From: Octopus vulgaris
Lineage: Eukaryota
Direction of reading: 5' to 3'
DNA: 64,000 nucleotides
NCBI GenBank assembly: GCA_951406725.2
Contig: OX597830.1
Span: 35,278,001-35,342,000, forward strand
The position numbers were made by a program, and so were the translations under genes. Under the pieces are notes generated by a model that was not told the origin of the DNA, made no database searches, and saw nothing but the letters and a program-made list of their open reading frames with translations. This document shows positions 51,461-64,000 of this stretch, in pieces. Every line of letters begins with the position of its first letter. Positions within the stretch are counted from its first letter, which is position 1.

Positions 51461-54400
51461 TATGGAAAATATATCATAAAAAACGAATTTGGTTTATAAT
51501 GAACATACAATATAATATGTTTGAATGGTACAGCGAAAGCTTATTTGTTGATATGGAATAACACATATTAGAAAATGATTTGCCGTTCTTTGAACAATGG
51601 AGGGGCGGATGTGATGATCAACGTTATATGGATAATAATTTATTATATAAAACTATAGAAGCCTTATGAACCTATATTTATGTATATGAAATATATATGT
51701 ATATCCAAAAGCGTAAAATTTATATTTATGGGAACATTGCGTGTGTTTAAAACATAACAATACAACGAAAATACCATGTAGCAGTAAAGTGCTTTTAGGC
51801 GTTTTTAAACGTGAATGTAAAATGCATTTAAACGTGGATAGAAATTTGTAAGGAAAAAATACCTGTTATTACAATTTTTGTGATGTTTGCTGTTTAAATC
51901 ATTTGCCGATATAATTTCGATATATTTACTTTGAAGCATGCTCTCACATACTTTATTTCTTTAATCGTTCATTCAAACTGTTACGATCTTGAAATAATAT
52001 TCTTAATGTATCCCCAAAAATGAGCCTGTGGCAAAGATTTGAACGAAAATTCCAGTGTTGTTTGGTGTAGCATGACTGATACATAACTAAATTGTCAACA
52101 AAAACGTATTCAAATTCTTTCAAAATCCAAATGTATTTAGAGATGCTTGAGGCGTATTTTCTTTCACGCTTTACAAATATATGACTACATTGATACGAAC
52201 TAACTTTAAAGCAATGCTTATGCAGCCGATATAAGTACTAGAGATTATCTTATTGCTGTGTTTGTTTTTAACCTAAGAGTTTAGAGAAACTGAAAATGAA
52301 CTAGTAGCTATTCTTCTAAGTGTATGTAAAGAGAAGGCACACGGAAAAGTTAGATAAATAATCTAAATATCGTGATAAGACCTGAGAGATGTTCAAGGTA
52401 TAGCCTCATCTTGGAGTTGTAAGGTAGATGAGATGTGATCACACTATCATGATTACTTTTTAGACAACTGAAAATTTAATATATATGCTACAAAATTTGA
52501 TCTTTAGCAAGTTAAGTTAATAGTTAAAAATTTAAATAAGCTTAGTCACTCTGCGACAGTAAGCTACCTTCGAAAATACAAGTGGAAGATTGATAGGCAT
52601 AATAATTTCATAGTGATTTGTTTCGGAATAATTTCCACTTGTGTTGTATTTATCGTCAACGTTATAACATCCATGAATACAAGTTCACTAAGGTTATTTG
52701 TTCAACCGCATTTCCCGGGGATTTTATTTTCTTCTATATTAAGTCATGGCCAAATATGAAAATCGAATCAAGATTTTTGAAGTTGCCAAAAGACTTTATT
52801 CGTTGAAGGGAAATTGTGAAATATTAACGTTCGTGTAATTCCTGTGGGCACTACAAAATATTTGTAAGAAGAAACGCAAAAATCTTAAACCAATACTAAA
52901 ATCGTGTCGCAGATTTCATTCAGTTGTATCATACTCAATGTTGGTCACCATTGTTGCAGATAACTAATCAATTTGTAAAATGGACATATTTTATGAGTGT
53001 GCATAGTCCTTTTGTTCAGGCTTAGTACTTGACTGCTATTCTATGTAATATTTCGGTGGAATTTGAAGTCTTGGATTGACAGACATACATCTACTATAAG
53101 GCCTTAAGTATCTAACAATTCTGCCCTTCAAAAATCATCAGATTAAATATCAACGCTAAAAAATTTCAATAACAACATAAAGACACTCGGCGAGAATTTT
53201 AAATTATTTATTTATTTAAACATTTCAGCTATTTATTCTTTAATAGTAACCACCCCCACGTTTATCTAATTTTTCCGTTGTTGTACTCTTTCTATCTTAT
53301 CTTTCTCCCTCCCCAGTTCTTTTTCTCTCATCTACACACCCACCCGTATCCTCTTTAAATCCTTCACAGCTAAGTACCTTATTGTAGTACAATTGATACT
53401 TAGACCAAAGAGACCCGATGAAATAACCCCAACCATTAAAATCTCTTCAACCTCATTCCCCAACAAACCGCCTTTTCTTCACTATCCTCTCTTTTATTTT
53501 TCGTCTTTTTATCTCCTTCCCTTTTTCTTTCTCTTTTCGCTTCTCCCTTGCGTGCTTTATCGTTGTTTATGTTTGAGTGTTTCTCTATTTGTTTTTAACA
53601 TTTAAATTTCTTCTCACCATAAGTAGAGATCATACCAAGTAAACGATGTTTTGAAACGCCTCGTATTTTACAGACAATTATAGCCAGCGGTTCAAAACCG
53701 TTTACCAAACACCCATTTTACAATCTTCATCACCCCTAGCATCCTTCCTCTCCTTTGCTGATGCTCTTCATCATTATATCTCTCTCTCTCCCATTTTTCA
53801 TTCTTTCTCTCTCTCTCTCTCTCTCCTTCTCTCTTTCTTTCCCTTTCTGTCATTGTAAATCGATCTACATCTCAGATATCTCCCTATCACTTTCTTTCTA
53901 CCGCTTTAACAATTCCAAATAACTCTCATCTTATTTTCTTTCGCTTTCTCTCTCTCTTTCTTTCTCTCTTAATCTCTCTCTCCCCTCTAAAACGATTGAG
54001 TTCCTCTCACAACACAACTTGTCTTTCTCTCTTTCGGCGCCTACTTTGACATTCACCATTTTAAATTATTTCATCTCGAAACGATTGCTCTTTCACAGCT
54101 CTGTGTTTTGGGGTTGTTTTTTTTCTCCCATTCTTACAAACCCTTGCCCTCTTTGTACTATTCTTATTTTGTATTCTTATTTTATTACTTTTTCTTGATT
54201 TAATTTACTACTCTATTTTTCAACTTTTTAAAATTTATTTATTTTCTTTCATATATTTTTATATATTTTTATGTTGTACGTATTCAAACATATATTTTTT
54301 TACATATTATTTTTTTAGACTTTTGAATTTTTTTCTTTCTGTCTTAATGTCTTTTTTTAAGTTTCTTTTTTTTTTCTCCGGTAAATACATAAATAAAACT

Positions 54401-54544
54401 ATATATACGAATAAAATATGTAAAATAAATGAAAAAATACGTTGAACTTTAAAATGAAAAAAAAATACGCAATGCTCTGGAGGAGAGAAAAAAGAAAAGA
54501 AGACAAAATAGAAGGCTTTTTTAAAAATATATTCAAGGCAGTTG

Positions 54545-54546
<2 letters not shown>

Positions 54547-54604
<58 letters not shown>

Positions 54605-54653
54605 TAACAATAACAATAATAATAACAATAATAATAATAATAATAATAATAAC

Positions 54654-54703
<50 letters not shown>
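54547..54703. repeat. (TAA/CAA)n microsatellite
   Basis: Direct inspection. Confidence 0.96.
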
Positions 54704-54705
<2 letters not shown>

Positions 54706-55157
54706 GGTAAACTGTCGTGATAAAACAAAAGTGAGGCTATGATATAATGTTACGAAAAATATAGAAATGAAAAAATTAAAAACGTAAATACAAAAGGAAC
54801 GAGGGAGCAATATTTTTTCTAAATGATTATTATAGTAACGACAGCAACAAGAAGAGCAGGAATAAAAGTGGCCAGAGTTAAAGAGAAGAAATAGAGAAAG
54901 AAAGAACAGAATAAGTATAGAAAAATGGCAGAATAGTTAGGATTGGAGAAAAACTGAAAGGATTTAATGGAATATGAGTGTGCGTGTGTGTGTGAGTTTA
55001 TGTGTGTGTTTATGAGTGTGTGTGTGTGTGTGTATGTGCGTGTGTGTGTGTGTGTGTGTGTGTAGGACGTGGAACTAAAGAATGAGTAAGTAAGGAAAGA
55101 AACGAGTGGTGGGAGAAAGAAAGAATGACAGAAAGAAAGAAGGAAAGAAATAAAGAC

Positions 55158-55199
<42 letters not shown>

Positions 55200-55222
55200 G
55201 AAAGAAAGGAAAGACAGGAGGA

Positions 55223-55278
<56 letters not shown>

Positions 55279-55285
55279 AGACTAG

Positions 55286-55480
55286 ATAAGATTCTTTATT
55301 GGCCACACAGGGCTGCACACAGATGGGACATGTTACAAGATAGAGCTTTTCTTTTGGGGGATGAAAGAAACAAAAAACAAAAAACAAAAGAAACAAAAAT
55401 AAAGGTGGCGTATTATAAAAGGGATCGTAAAGGTGGCGTATAATAAAAGGGATCGTAAAAGGAAAAAAAGAACAAAAAAA
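55286..55480 (-). mobile_element. Possible LINE (L1/Tx1-like) 3' UTR end
   Basis: Minus strand ends ...GGCCAATAAAGAATCTTA running into (TTTC)n; includes a 30-bp tandem duplication taaaggtggcgta.tataaaagggatcg. Confidence 0.35.
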
Positions 55481-55495
55481 AAGAAAAAAAAAGAA

Positions 55496-55541
<46 letters not shown>

Positions 55542-55569
55542 GGATGGATGGATGGATGGATAGATGGAT

Positions 55570-55635
<66 letters not shown>

Positions 55636-55984
55636 CTTGCTAGGTAGATAAACAATAAAACAACTTAGCATATAATATCTGACAATACGAAAGTGTGAGA
55701 GGAACGAAAAACTGGAGAAGCAGGTAGGGAGAATAAGAAAAAGAAGCGATAGGAAGCACGAAAGGATCAGTAATAGAAAATGAAGATGAAATATATTATT
55801 GCATGAAACAATAATCAGCAATTGTTGTTGCTCTTGGCTGGTGATGTTCTTCTTGGTCTTGTACAGGTGTTTTTTCATGTTGCTTCTGTTGCTGTGGTTG
55901 TGGTCGGTTTTGCTGCTGTCGTTTTTATCCTTATCTGGTTAGACGAGCGAGACAACATTGCCTCCCTCCCTGATCGAAAGGGGA

Positions 55985-56112
55985 AACTGGTGCAACGTGA
56001 AATGTAGTGCTTTACTTAAGAACAAAAAGCGACGCGCCTCCCATGCAGAGAATAGAACCCACGATCTAGCGATCGTGAGTGCAACAGCTTAACCACTAGG
56101 CCACGCGCATTC
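55985..56112 (-). mobile_element. SINE family C-type head
   Basis: gcaacgtgaaatgtagtgctttacttaagaac...gaacccacgatctagcgatcgtgagtgcaacagcttaaccactaggccacgcgc. Confidence 0.75.
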
Positions 56113-56143
56113 AGTGTTGTTGTAATATTGTGCTAAAGTTATA

Positions 56144-56358
56144 AGACGGCGAGCTGGCAGAAAAGTTAGCACGCCGGGCGAAATACTTTAGTGGTATTTC
56201 GTCTGTCGTTACGTTCTGAGTTCAAATTTCACCGAGGTCGACTTTGCCTTTCATCCTTTCGGTGTCAATAAATTAAGTACCAGTTGCTTACTGGGATCGA
56301 TCTAATCGACTGGCCCCTCCCCAAAAATTTCGGGTCTTGTGCCTAGAGTAGAAAAGAT
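56144..56358 (+). mobile_element. SINE family A monomer with 18-bp TSD
   Basis: Full head and core; flanks tattgtgctaaagttata (56126-56143) and tactgtgttaaagttata (56359-56376). Confidence 0.92.
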
Positions 56359-56624
56359 TACTGTGTTAAAGTTATATTTGTGGTGTAGTAGATTCATTGC
56401 ATATATTCATATTTCAGTGTCGTGTAATCTTTACGATTATTATGGTGTTGACTGTTAACTTATTAGATTGGTCTTAGTAGAAATATCGAATGTGTTTAAC
56501 AGAAGTGAAGATCTGATGCTCTGCAGTTTCGGTTCCTGTATTTCAACAGAAGGTAGGATAAGAAAAGGGCGATCTTCTACAGCTAGGCAAACAATATTTC
56601 ATTCTCTTTACTTTTTGCTGACTC

Positions 56625-56745
56625 CGTGGCTCTCGGTTCAGTCCCACTGGGTAGTACATTGGACTAGTCTTCTACTATAGTACTGGTCCGACCAAGGATT
56701 TGTGGACTGATTTGGTAGACGGAAGCTGAAACAAACCCGTCGTAC
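56625..56745 (+). mobile_element. SINE family B, 5' half
   Basis: ggttcagtcccactg...tcttctactatag...gatttggtagacggaagctgaaacaaacccgtcgta. Confidence 0.82.
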
Positions 56746-56821
56746 ATACACACATACATACATATATATACATTCATATATTCATAAACATATACAAGTA
56801 GATATGTTTATATATATACTA

Positions 56822-56946
56822 TTTTACATTTACTTGTTTCAGTCATGTGACTGAAGCCATGCTGGAGCACCGACTTTAGTCGAGCAAATCGAGCCCAGGA
56901 CTTATTCTTTGTAAGACTAGTACTTATTCTATCGGTCTCTTTTGCC
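56822..56946 (-). mobile_element. SINE family B, 3' part (inverted)
   Basis: tttacttgtttcagtc...gccatgctggagcaccg...gtacttattctatcggtctcttttgcc. Confidence 0.88.
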
Positions 56947-56949
56947 CGG

Positions 56950-57110
56950 GTAGCATGAAGGCCAGTTGACATTGCCGTAGAGGGAGATAATTCTCTCTCT
57001 AAAGCACTGCCGTAGCAACTGCATTGTTCCTCTAGTCCTATGAGCAGCTGTTTCATCTCGCTGGAACCATGTGTAAGGTCTACTTTGAACGGCTCGGCGC
57101 AAAAAGGTCT
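56950..57110 (-). pseudogene. Tc1/mariner-superfamily (rosa-like) transposase fragment
   Basis: TWFQRDETAAHRTRGTMQLLRQCFRERIISLYGNVNWP matches WFQQDGATAHT...LIS..G.VNWP. Confidence 0.75.
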
Positions 57111-57399
57111 TAATCATGGTGCAGGTTTTGAAAAGAGCACGAGCGTGCGAAGCCGAAGATGGCTTCCATTTAAGGGATGTCAATTTTCATGTGATGTAGC
57201 GTTGTTGCAAAATTTGACTTGTGTATATTAATTACCATTATGTCCTTTATATTGCATCAAAATGCCATCCATTTTTTTGTAGAGTTAAGGACGTTATTAA
57301 AAATTGAAACCATCAGTGATATTTACGACAGCTTATTTGCATGTGTGTGTATAACATATATGAGCGTGTGCGTGTGCGTGCATGTGTGTGAGTGTATGT

Positions 57400-57580
57400 G
57401 TGTGTCTGCTTTTGTGTCATGCTTGTCTTCACAACGGCTTGACACTGCCTGTTGGTTTGTTTACATCCAGAGAACAAGTTGGTTCAGCAAGAGACCGATA
57501 GAGTAAGTAGCACGCTTTTGAAAATAGATGATGGGTTTCATTTGTTTGGCAAAACACTTCAAGACATGACCACTGTCAAA
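57400..57580 (+). mobile_element. SINE family B, old 3' half
   Basis: gcttgacactgcctgttggtttgtttacatcc...ggttcagcaagagaccgatagagtaagta. Confidence 0.7.
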
Positions 57581-57583
57581 ATA

Positions 57584-57813
57584 TATTTCTTTACTATCCA
57601 CAAGGGGCTAAACACAGAGGGGACAAACAAGGACAGACAAAGGGATTAAGTCGATTACATCGACCCCGGTGCGTAACTGGTACTTATTTAATCGACCCCG
57701 AAAGGATGGCATTCAAAGTCGACCTCGGCGGAATGGGAACTCAGAACATAACGGCAAACGAGATACTGCTAAGCATTTCGCCTGGCGTGCAACAATTCTG
57801 CCAGCTCGCCGCC
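57584..57813 (-). mobile_element. SINE family A
   Basis: cccacaagggg-type tail, aactggtacttatttaatcgaccccgaaaggatg, ...ctgccagctcgccgcc. Confidence 0.92.
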
Positions 57814-58392
57814 ATATTGAATATATATATGTAATCCAAAAGATCGGTCTTGTCAAAAATAGAATGTGATGCAGTTTTCATTTGAAAATTTAGTTAAAGT
57901 TAACAAAAGTCTGTACGAAGCTCCAACACATGTTACTCCAATAAAAAAAAAGTCAATAAAGAAAGTCAGTTATTGGAACGACTGAATATATATTGCCAAA
58001 ACTGACGATCATACAATCATCCATTCCCGCTATTTATTCACTATCATGATCATCAAAATGAGGCATGCATTAGTTTCCTTCCATTTTTTTCTAAACATTT
58101 TACACTACAAGTAATATTTTTTTCATACACATCATACAGGTGCAAGATAAATTACTAATCATTTGATTTGTTCTGTGACCTGATGTCATTAATATTGAGA
58201 AATGTTGCATTGGCGATAGACGTTAGACATTCTAAAACTCACGGCAATTAGAAATGTACGACATTCCATAAATACAAGTATATTTTTATTTCTCATAAAA
58301 CGTTTGCATTCAGATGTAAGCGCGTGCGAGACAAATGAACGAGTGTATATATGTATACTTATACGCGCGCGTATGTATGTATGTATGTATGC

Positions 58393-58443
<51 letters not shown>

Positions 58444-59115
58444 CATCTGTCTATCTGTCAATCCAACTATATATATATATATATATATGCGCTTGCATGC
58501 ATATATATATGTATATATATATGTATATATATTTAGCAATTTGTTAATAGGCAAGTATATCTGAGTATTAAGAAGCAATCTGTATCATATGCCCTGTATC
58601 CCTCGTGCCTTCTCGATATATATAAATATACAAACACATATTGTTATATACAATATATATACACATATATATATATATATATACATGTATGTATATTTAT
58701 ATATATGTATGTATATATATTTATATATACATACATATATATCCATGCATACATACATAAATGCATACCTACATACATACATGCATACATATATACATAC
58801 ATACACACATGCATGCATACATACCTATCGAATGTAGTATCAAAAAACAAGCAGCATTGTTGTGTATATGGAGAGAGATTTTCATATACATAGATATGAA
58901 TACGTACATGCCTGTACTGGCAAGATTGTTCATTAGATATCCTACGGGCAACCAAACTGTAATTAGAAAAGATAATAAGGACAAGCCCATACGAATTTAT
59001 ATACATATATATATATATATACATATATATATTAATATATATACATGTATATATATTTACATATATACATGCAGATATATATATATATACATATATATGC
59101 ACATATATATATATG

Positions 59116-59147
<32 letters not shown>

Positions 59148-59643
59148 CGTATAATGTTTATGTATTTATGTACGTATATAACGGTTTTAAAAAGTATATC
59201 CCCTGATAAAGGTATGTTCCGCAACAATTGCTAAGCAAGTTATTAATACCCGAAATAAATGTTGATTAACCTATGATAAAACATTAAAAAGTTGCTTTCT
59301 CTTTACACATACATGTATAGGCACACATTGGCACACACACACACACACACACAGGAACTCACACAATCAAGAAACATAGGCACACACTCATTAAGACTAT
59401 TGATAGCAGATGGGCAACGATCTAGAGAGAGAATAAAAATAAAGGTAATATAAATGAAAACAAAAACAAAAAAAAACACAGATCTGACATTTATCGATAG
59501 TTCTGCAGTTATCGGTAATATATATTTGATGAGGTTGAGGAGGAGGAAGAAGAAAAATCAGGTAGACTTCGGCCTTGATAGAAAAGGAAGAGGAAGAAGA
59601 TAAGAATGCACAGTGATTATAATGACAGCGACGAATATTTGAA

Positions 59644-59966
<323 letters not shown>

Positions 59967-60500
59967 GCATATGTTTCTTTAGCTCTTGCTGTTGTTGTTG
60001 GTATTTCTCCAGGTGCTGTTGTCTTCTCAATTGTTGGTGTTGGTGGGTTTGGTTCGTGCGTTTCCTGTGTCGTATTCCCTTTGTCTTGTATCTTCTGTGT
60101 TGATAGCGGTGTTGGTAGTAAGGGTTCATTTTTCTTTTCTCTTATTCCTTGTTGTTGTTGTTGTCCCTCCTCTATCGGGCACTTAGTTTTTAGGTGCTCT
60201 TCGCTGCCACACAGGTAACAGTGAGGCCTCCTACCTTCTACCACTACGTATAGATTATGGCCGTCTGGCACCTCAATTTGATGTGTGACGCTATTTAATT
60301 AGTTCTGATCTATTTGCATCAGCAACTGAATAGTTTTACCGTCCAATTTAGTTGCTCTAAGACAGCAATCTCTAATATATTTATATCGTCCATGTTGTAA
60401 CAAATGGCGGACAACAGCCATTGTGTCTCTACTTCCGGAGGGACATTTTTGATAGAGATTTTGGTCACATGTTGACCAAGATATGTCGGAATCCAAAACA
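59967..60500 (-). pseudogene. Retroelement ORF1/gag-like relic with CCHC zinc knuckle (L1/Tx1-like)
   Basis: PTYLGQHVTKISIKNVPPEV...; after a frameshift and stop, LYVVVEGRRPHCYLCGSEEHLKTKCP (C-x2-C-x4-H-x4-C), then a low-complexity tail. Confidence 0.78.
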
Positions 60501-60883
60501 GGGCCTCGTGCATATATATGTGTACGTAAGTGTGTGAATACATGAATAAGTAAAATAATTTTCTCTGAGGTGATACCTCATTGAATAAACGTTACTTATT
60601 TTTTACTACATATCTGTTCCTAATACGGTGTTTAATGCTTTCAATCTGAAATATGTCAACAATAACTGAACTATTGTTTGTAGTGTGGTTGGAGTTTCAG
60701 TGTAATTAACTTTATGAATATATATATATTTTGAAATATGTTCCCTTTTTATATTTATTGAAGAAAATTCATTTCGAAACTCTCGATCAGCATTTAGCTA
60801 TAGTCTATGCATTGCTGTACATTTAAAATATTTCCTAAATCCCTGAATTGTTTCCCTTATTCACTGAAGTGCTTATTGCAGTA

Positions 60884-60948
60884 CTAGCCATTAAACTAAC
60901 CATTAAACTAACCATTAAACTAGCCATTAAACTAACCATTAAACTAAC
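60884..60948. repeat. 12-bp minisatellite (CCATTAAACTAR)x5
   Basis: Direct inspection. Confidence 0.92.
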
Positions 60949-61609
60949 ATCCTAATCTCCCTCGCCAGTTTCTTTATATTTCCAAGTAAATCTATAATGA
61001 GAACGTCATTCATGACCTTTGTCTAACAATTGCTGCTAAAGGCATGTACAGTGATAGACTTGTCTTTGGGTGTTGTTGATATGACCTCCTGTTGGGCATA
61101 ATTTGTATGACGAAAGGAAGGAGCCATATGATTCTGAAAAGCGCTGGCTTGTCTTGTAGCATTAGAAACTCTTAGAGACACGTCTTTTGTTTGGGTATTG
61201 ATATATGTTAGTGACCGATTTAAAGCAAATCTATCGAGTGACCTTTCTGGAAATGCCTTTAGGCTAAATGTGTATATAACAGCAATACCTTCGCAGGTAT
61301 AAAAATGATTTTTTTACAGTAGGTTCCTCCTGATATTAGTAGAAAGCTAATTATTGGAGGCAGGTGTGTTATTGGTCCTGGAGGTATAAAATCGAGTTTT
61401 GTGATGCCGTTTATACCAATGGTTCTCACTAAGACCTGCCCTTATTTAGTACAAGAGTATTATATTTCATATTGTTCATGTAATAAGCCTTTGCACGTCT
61501 GTGGCAGACAAGACTGATATAACGGGAATTGCAGAATCTTTCATGGATGTCTTTAAGAGACGTCTGAGTTGCATCAATTCCCGGATATTATTGTCTCGTG
61601 TTCTAAGCC

Positions 61610-61855
61610 CCATAGAGCTGCTTACCCGATTTTCCTAACGTATAAGTGACCAAGATAACAACATTACAAAACTTCCTTCCCCTGAATGTGACGTCACTCA
61701 GTTGCACGGTTACCCATTTACAACCGAATGAGCTGTAGCAACGTGAAATGAAGTGTTTTGCTCAAGAACACTACGCTCTGCCCGATCCGAGAATCGAAAC
61801 CACAAGCTTGTCATCATGAGTACAACACTCTAACCACTGGGCCACATGCTTTCAC
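61610..61855 (-). mobile_element. Old tRNA/CORE-type SINE
   Basis: gcaacgtgaaatgaagtgttttgctcaagaacac...gaatcgaaaccac...aaccactgggccacatgc; head shared with family C, tail differs. Confidence 0.7.
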
Positions 61856-62138
61856 TTTGCCAGATACTGAGATCTGATTTCATTACCCGTATTTTTCATC
61901 TAAATTCGTGGTCTTGTACCTCTGTTAATAGTGTTATTACGTATGTGATAGATTCCATAGACCACAGGAAAATAACCATATGACTCTTTGTCTTCTGAGT
62001 TCGAATCCTGCCAGAGTTAATTGCAGCTTCCTGTCTCCTGGGATGAAAGGAATGAGAATTGCTGGTGTGAAATCCTTTTAATCGACTTTACCTCACCAGC
62101 AAATTATGTTTTATTGTTACATAGTTAGAATCATCAAC

Positions 62139-62300
<162 letters not shown>

Positions 62301-63579
62301 TATCAGCATCATTTTCATCATTCAGAAAATCCGCATCATCGTTGTGTCATCATTATCATCATTCTCAACATCAGCAGCTGCTGCTGTTGTAGCATTGTTT
62401 TCTCACTGAAACTTGATCTTTGCTTACCTCCCCTGTGAACAACATCAGGTAATTAAAGTTGAACTGTGTGTGTGTGTGTGTTTCTTTTTTTTTTCACTCT
62501 TGTGAAAATAAATAAATAAATATATAAATAAACAAATAAATAAGACAAGAAAATCCGACATTTTGTATTTTGCTGTTTAAAAAGAAAATAATTATCATCA
62601 CTATCATCATCATCAGCAGCAGCAGCAGCAACAGCAGAAATAACAAAACAACAAATAGAGTCGGAGCAACAACAGCAGCAACGATAACAAGAACAACAGC
62701 AAACGAAATGAAATTAAGTAATTGCTGTTCTATTGTTTGTTTCCGTATTCATGCTAGAAATTGAAAACTATTAGTTACTCTGTTTGAATTCTATCTTAAC
62801 ACATCAAGTTCAATTCCACCTCCCGGCATTATCACTCCTACATCACTACCACTGCAATCACCACCACCATCACAACAACAGCAACAACAACAACGAAAGC
62901 TCGTATTTGTATTTATTTTCATTTGTTTTACCTCCTTTTTTTTATATATTTTGGCTTTCATTTGTTATTTGGGTTTTCTTTTGTCATTTCGGGTGAACCA
63001 GGAAAAGTTGTGAAAATGTTATAAATAGATCAGTATCTGTCTTAGCTCTGCCACATTCTTTGCTCTTCGAAATTGCGGCAAGTTGTGAAAATCTCATAAC
63101 TAGATCTTTATCATTCTTCACCTCTGACATTACTCTATACTTTTCAGAAATAGTGGCAAATATTATTTACTTAATCTCATCAACACATACTCTTCGTATT
63201 TTTGCTTGTTTTATTTCGACATTTTTATCGTCGTCATCATCGCAGTTGATGTTGTTGTTGTTTTTTATAAACTTGGCTGATTTTTCATTACCTCAATTCT
63301 TTAAATTAGCGTTTTCTTTCAAAAAATTTTTTAAAAATAAGGAAAAAAATCGACATATTAATAAAAAATGACTTCTTGTATCGCAAATGTAACATAATAT
63401 TTTAATAAGCTTTTTAAATGCATTTAAGATTATACAGAAAATTAAGAAAAAATAATAATAAAATTAAATACAAATGGCAGTAAAAACATCTTTTAAAAAA
63501 TGTAGTGAAATTACTGAAATCAACGAATATTTGTAAACTGAAAATTAATATGTATTTACAAGCGTGTATAGATACATAC

Positions 63580-63674
<95 letters not shown>

Positions 63675-63934
63675 TATATATATATATATGTGTGTGTGTG
63701 TATGTATGTATGTAAAGTGTACAGAATTTTGTGTGTGTTTATGAGAGTATACGTATATGATGGTGTGTGCATAACAGCTTTAACAAGAGAACGTCATTAT
63801 ATTTTTAAGTTCAGATGATCATATATGCAAATAAATGTGAACGGAAGCATGTATGTATATATGCGTGTGTAAGTATATGCATGTGCGAGTGTGTCAGCAT
63901 ATGTGTGCTTGTATACGTGAACATATATTTAGGC

Positions 63935-63983
<49 letters not shown>

Positions 63984-64000
63984 TTGACAGATAGATAGAT

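Noticed and set aside
52574-52652. Imperfect hairpin aatacaagtggaagatt / aatttccacttgtgtt as a pre-miRNA
   Set aside because: Stem only ~16 bp with a large, poorly paired loop; no known mature sequence recognised.
60960-61450. Possible LINE C-terminal relic on the minus strand
   Set aside because: Too decayed to identify diagnostic motifs by eye.

Overview
AT-rich, microsatellite-saturated eukaryotic non-coding DNA (intergenic or a large intron). It most resembles an Octopus/coleoid cephalopod genome; this is inferred from the repeat landscape and was not verified by a search. No host protein-coding exon can be supported: nearly all ORFs in the track are translations of (TA)n, (CA)n, (TATG)n, (GATA)n and trinucleotide arrays. 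The interpretable content is transposon-derived. It comprises three tRNA-headed SINE families (two trimeric insertions with target-site duplications), a full-length dead mariner, a mariner derivative built from two inverted 5' ends, a mariner MITE, a rosa/Tc1-like fragment, a non-autonomous Helitron and two Helentron-like copies. There are also LINE relics: RTE, R4/Dong-like RLE, Hero-like, a CCHC ORF1 and a Penelope GIY-YIG domain. The most notable signal is a set of long fold-back palindromes embedded in (TA)n arrays. One carries minimal type I hammerhead-ribozyme motifs on both strands (CTGATGA...GAAA, palindromic stem III) close to the Penelope endonuclease relic, and degenerate relatives occur elsewhere in the window. 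This fits known Penelope-like element biology; I cannot claim a wholly new system from the sequence alone.
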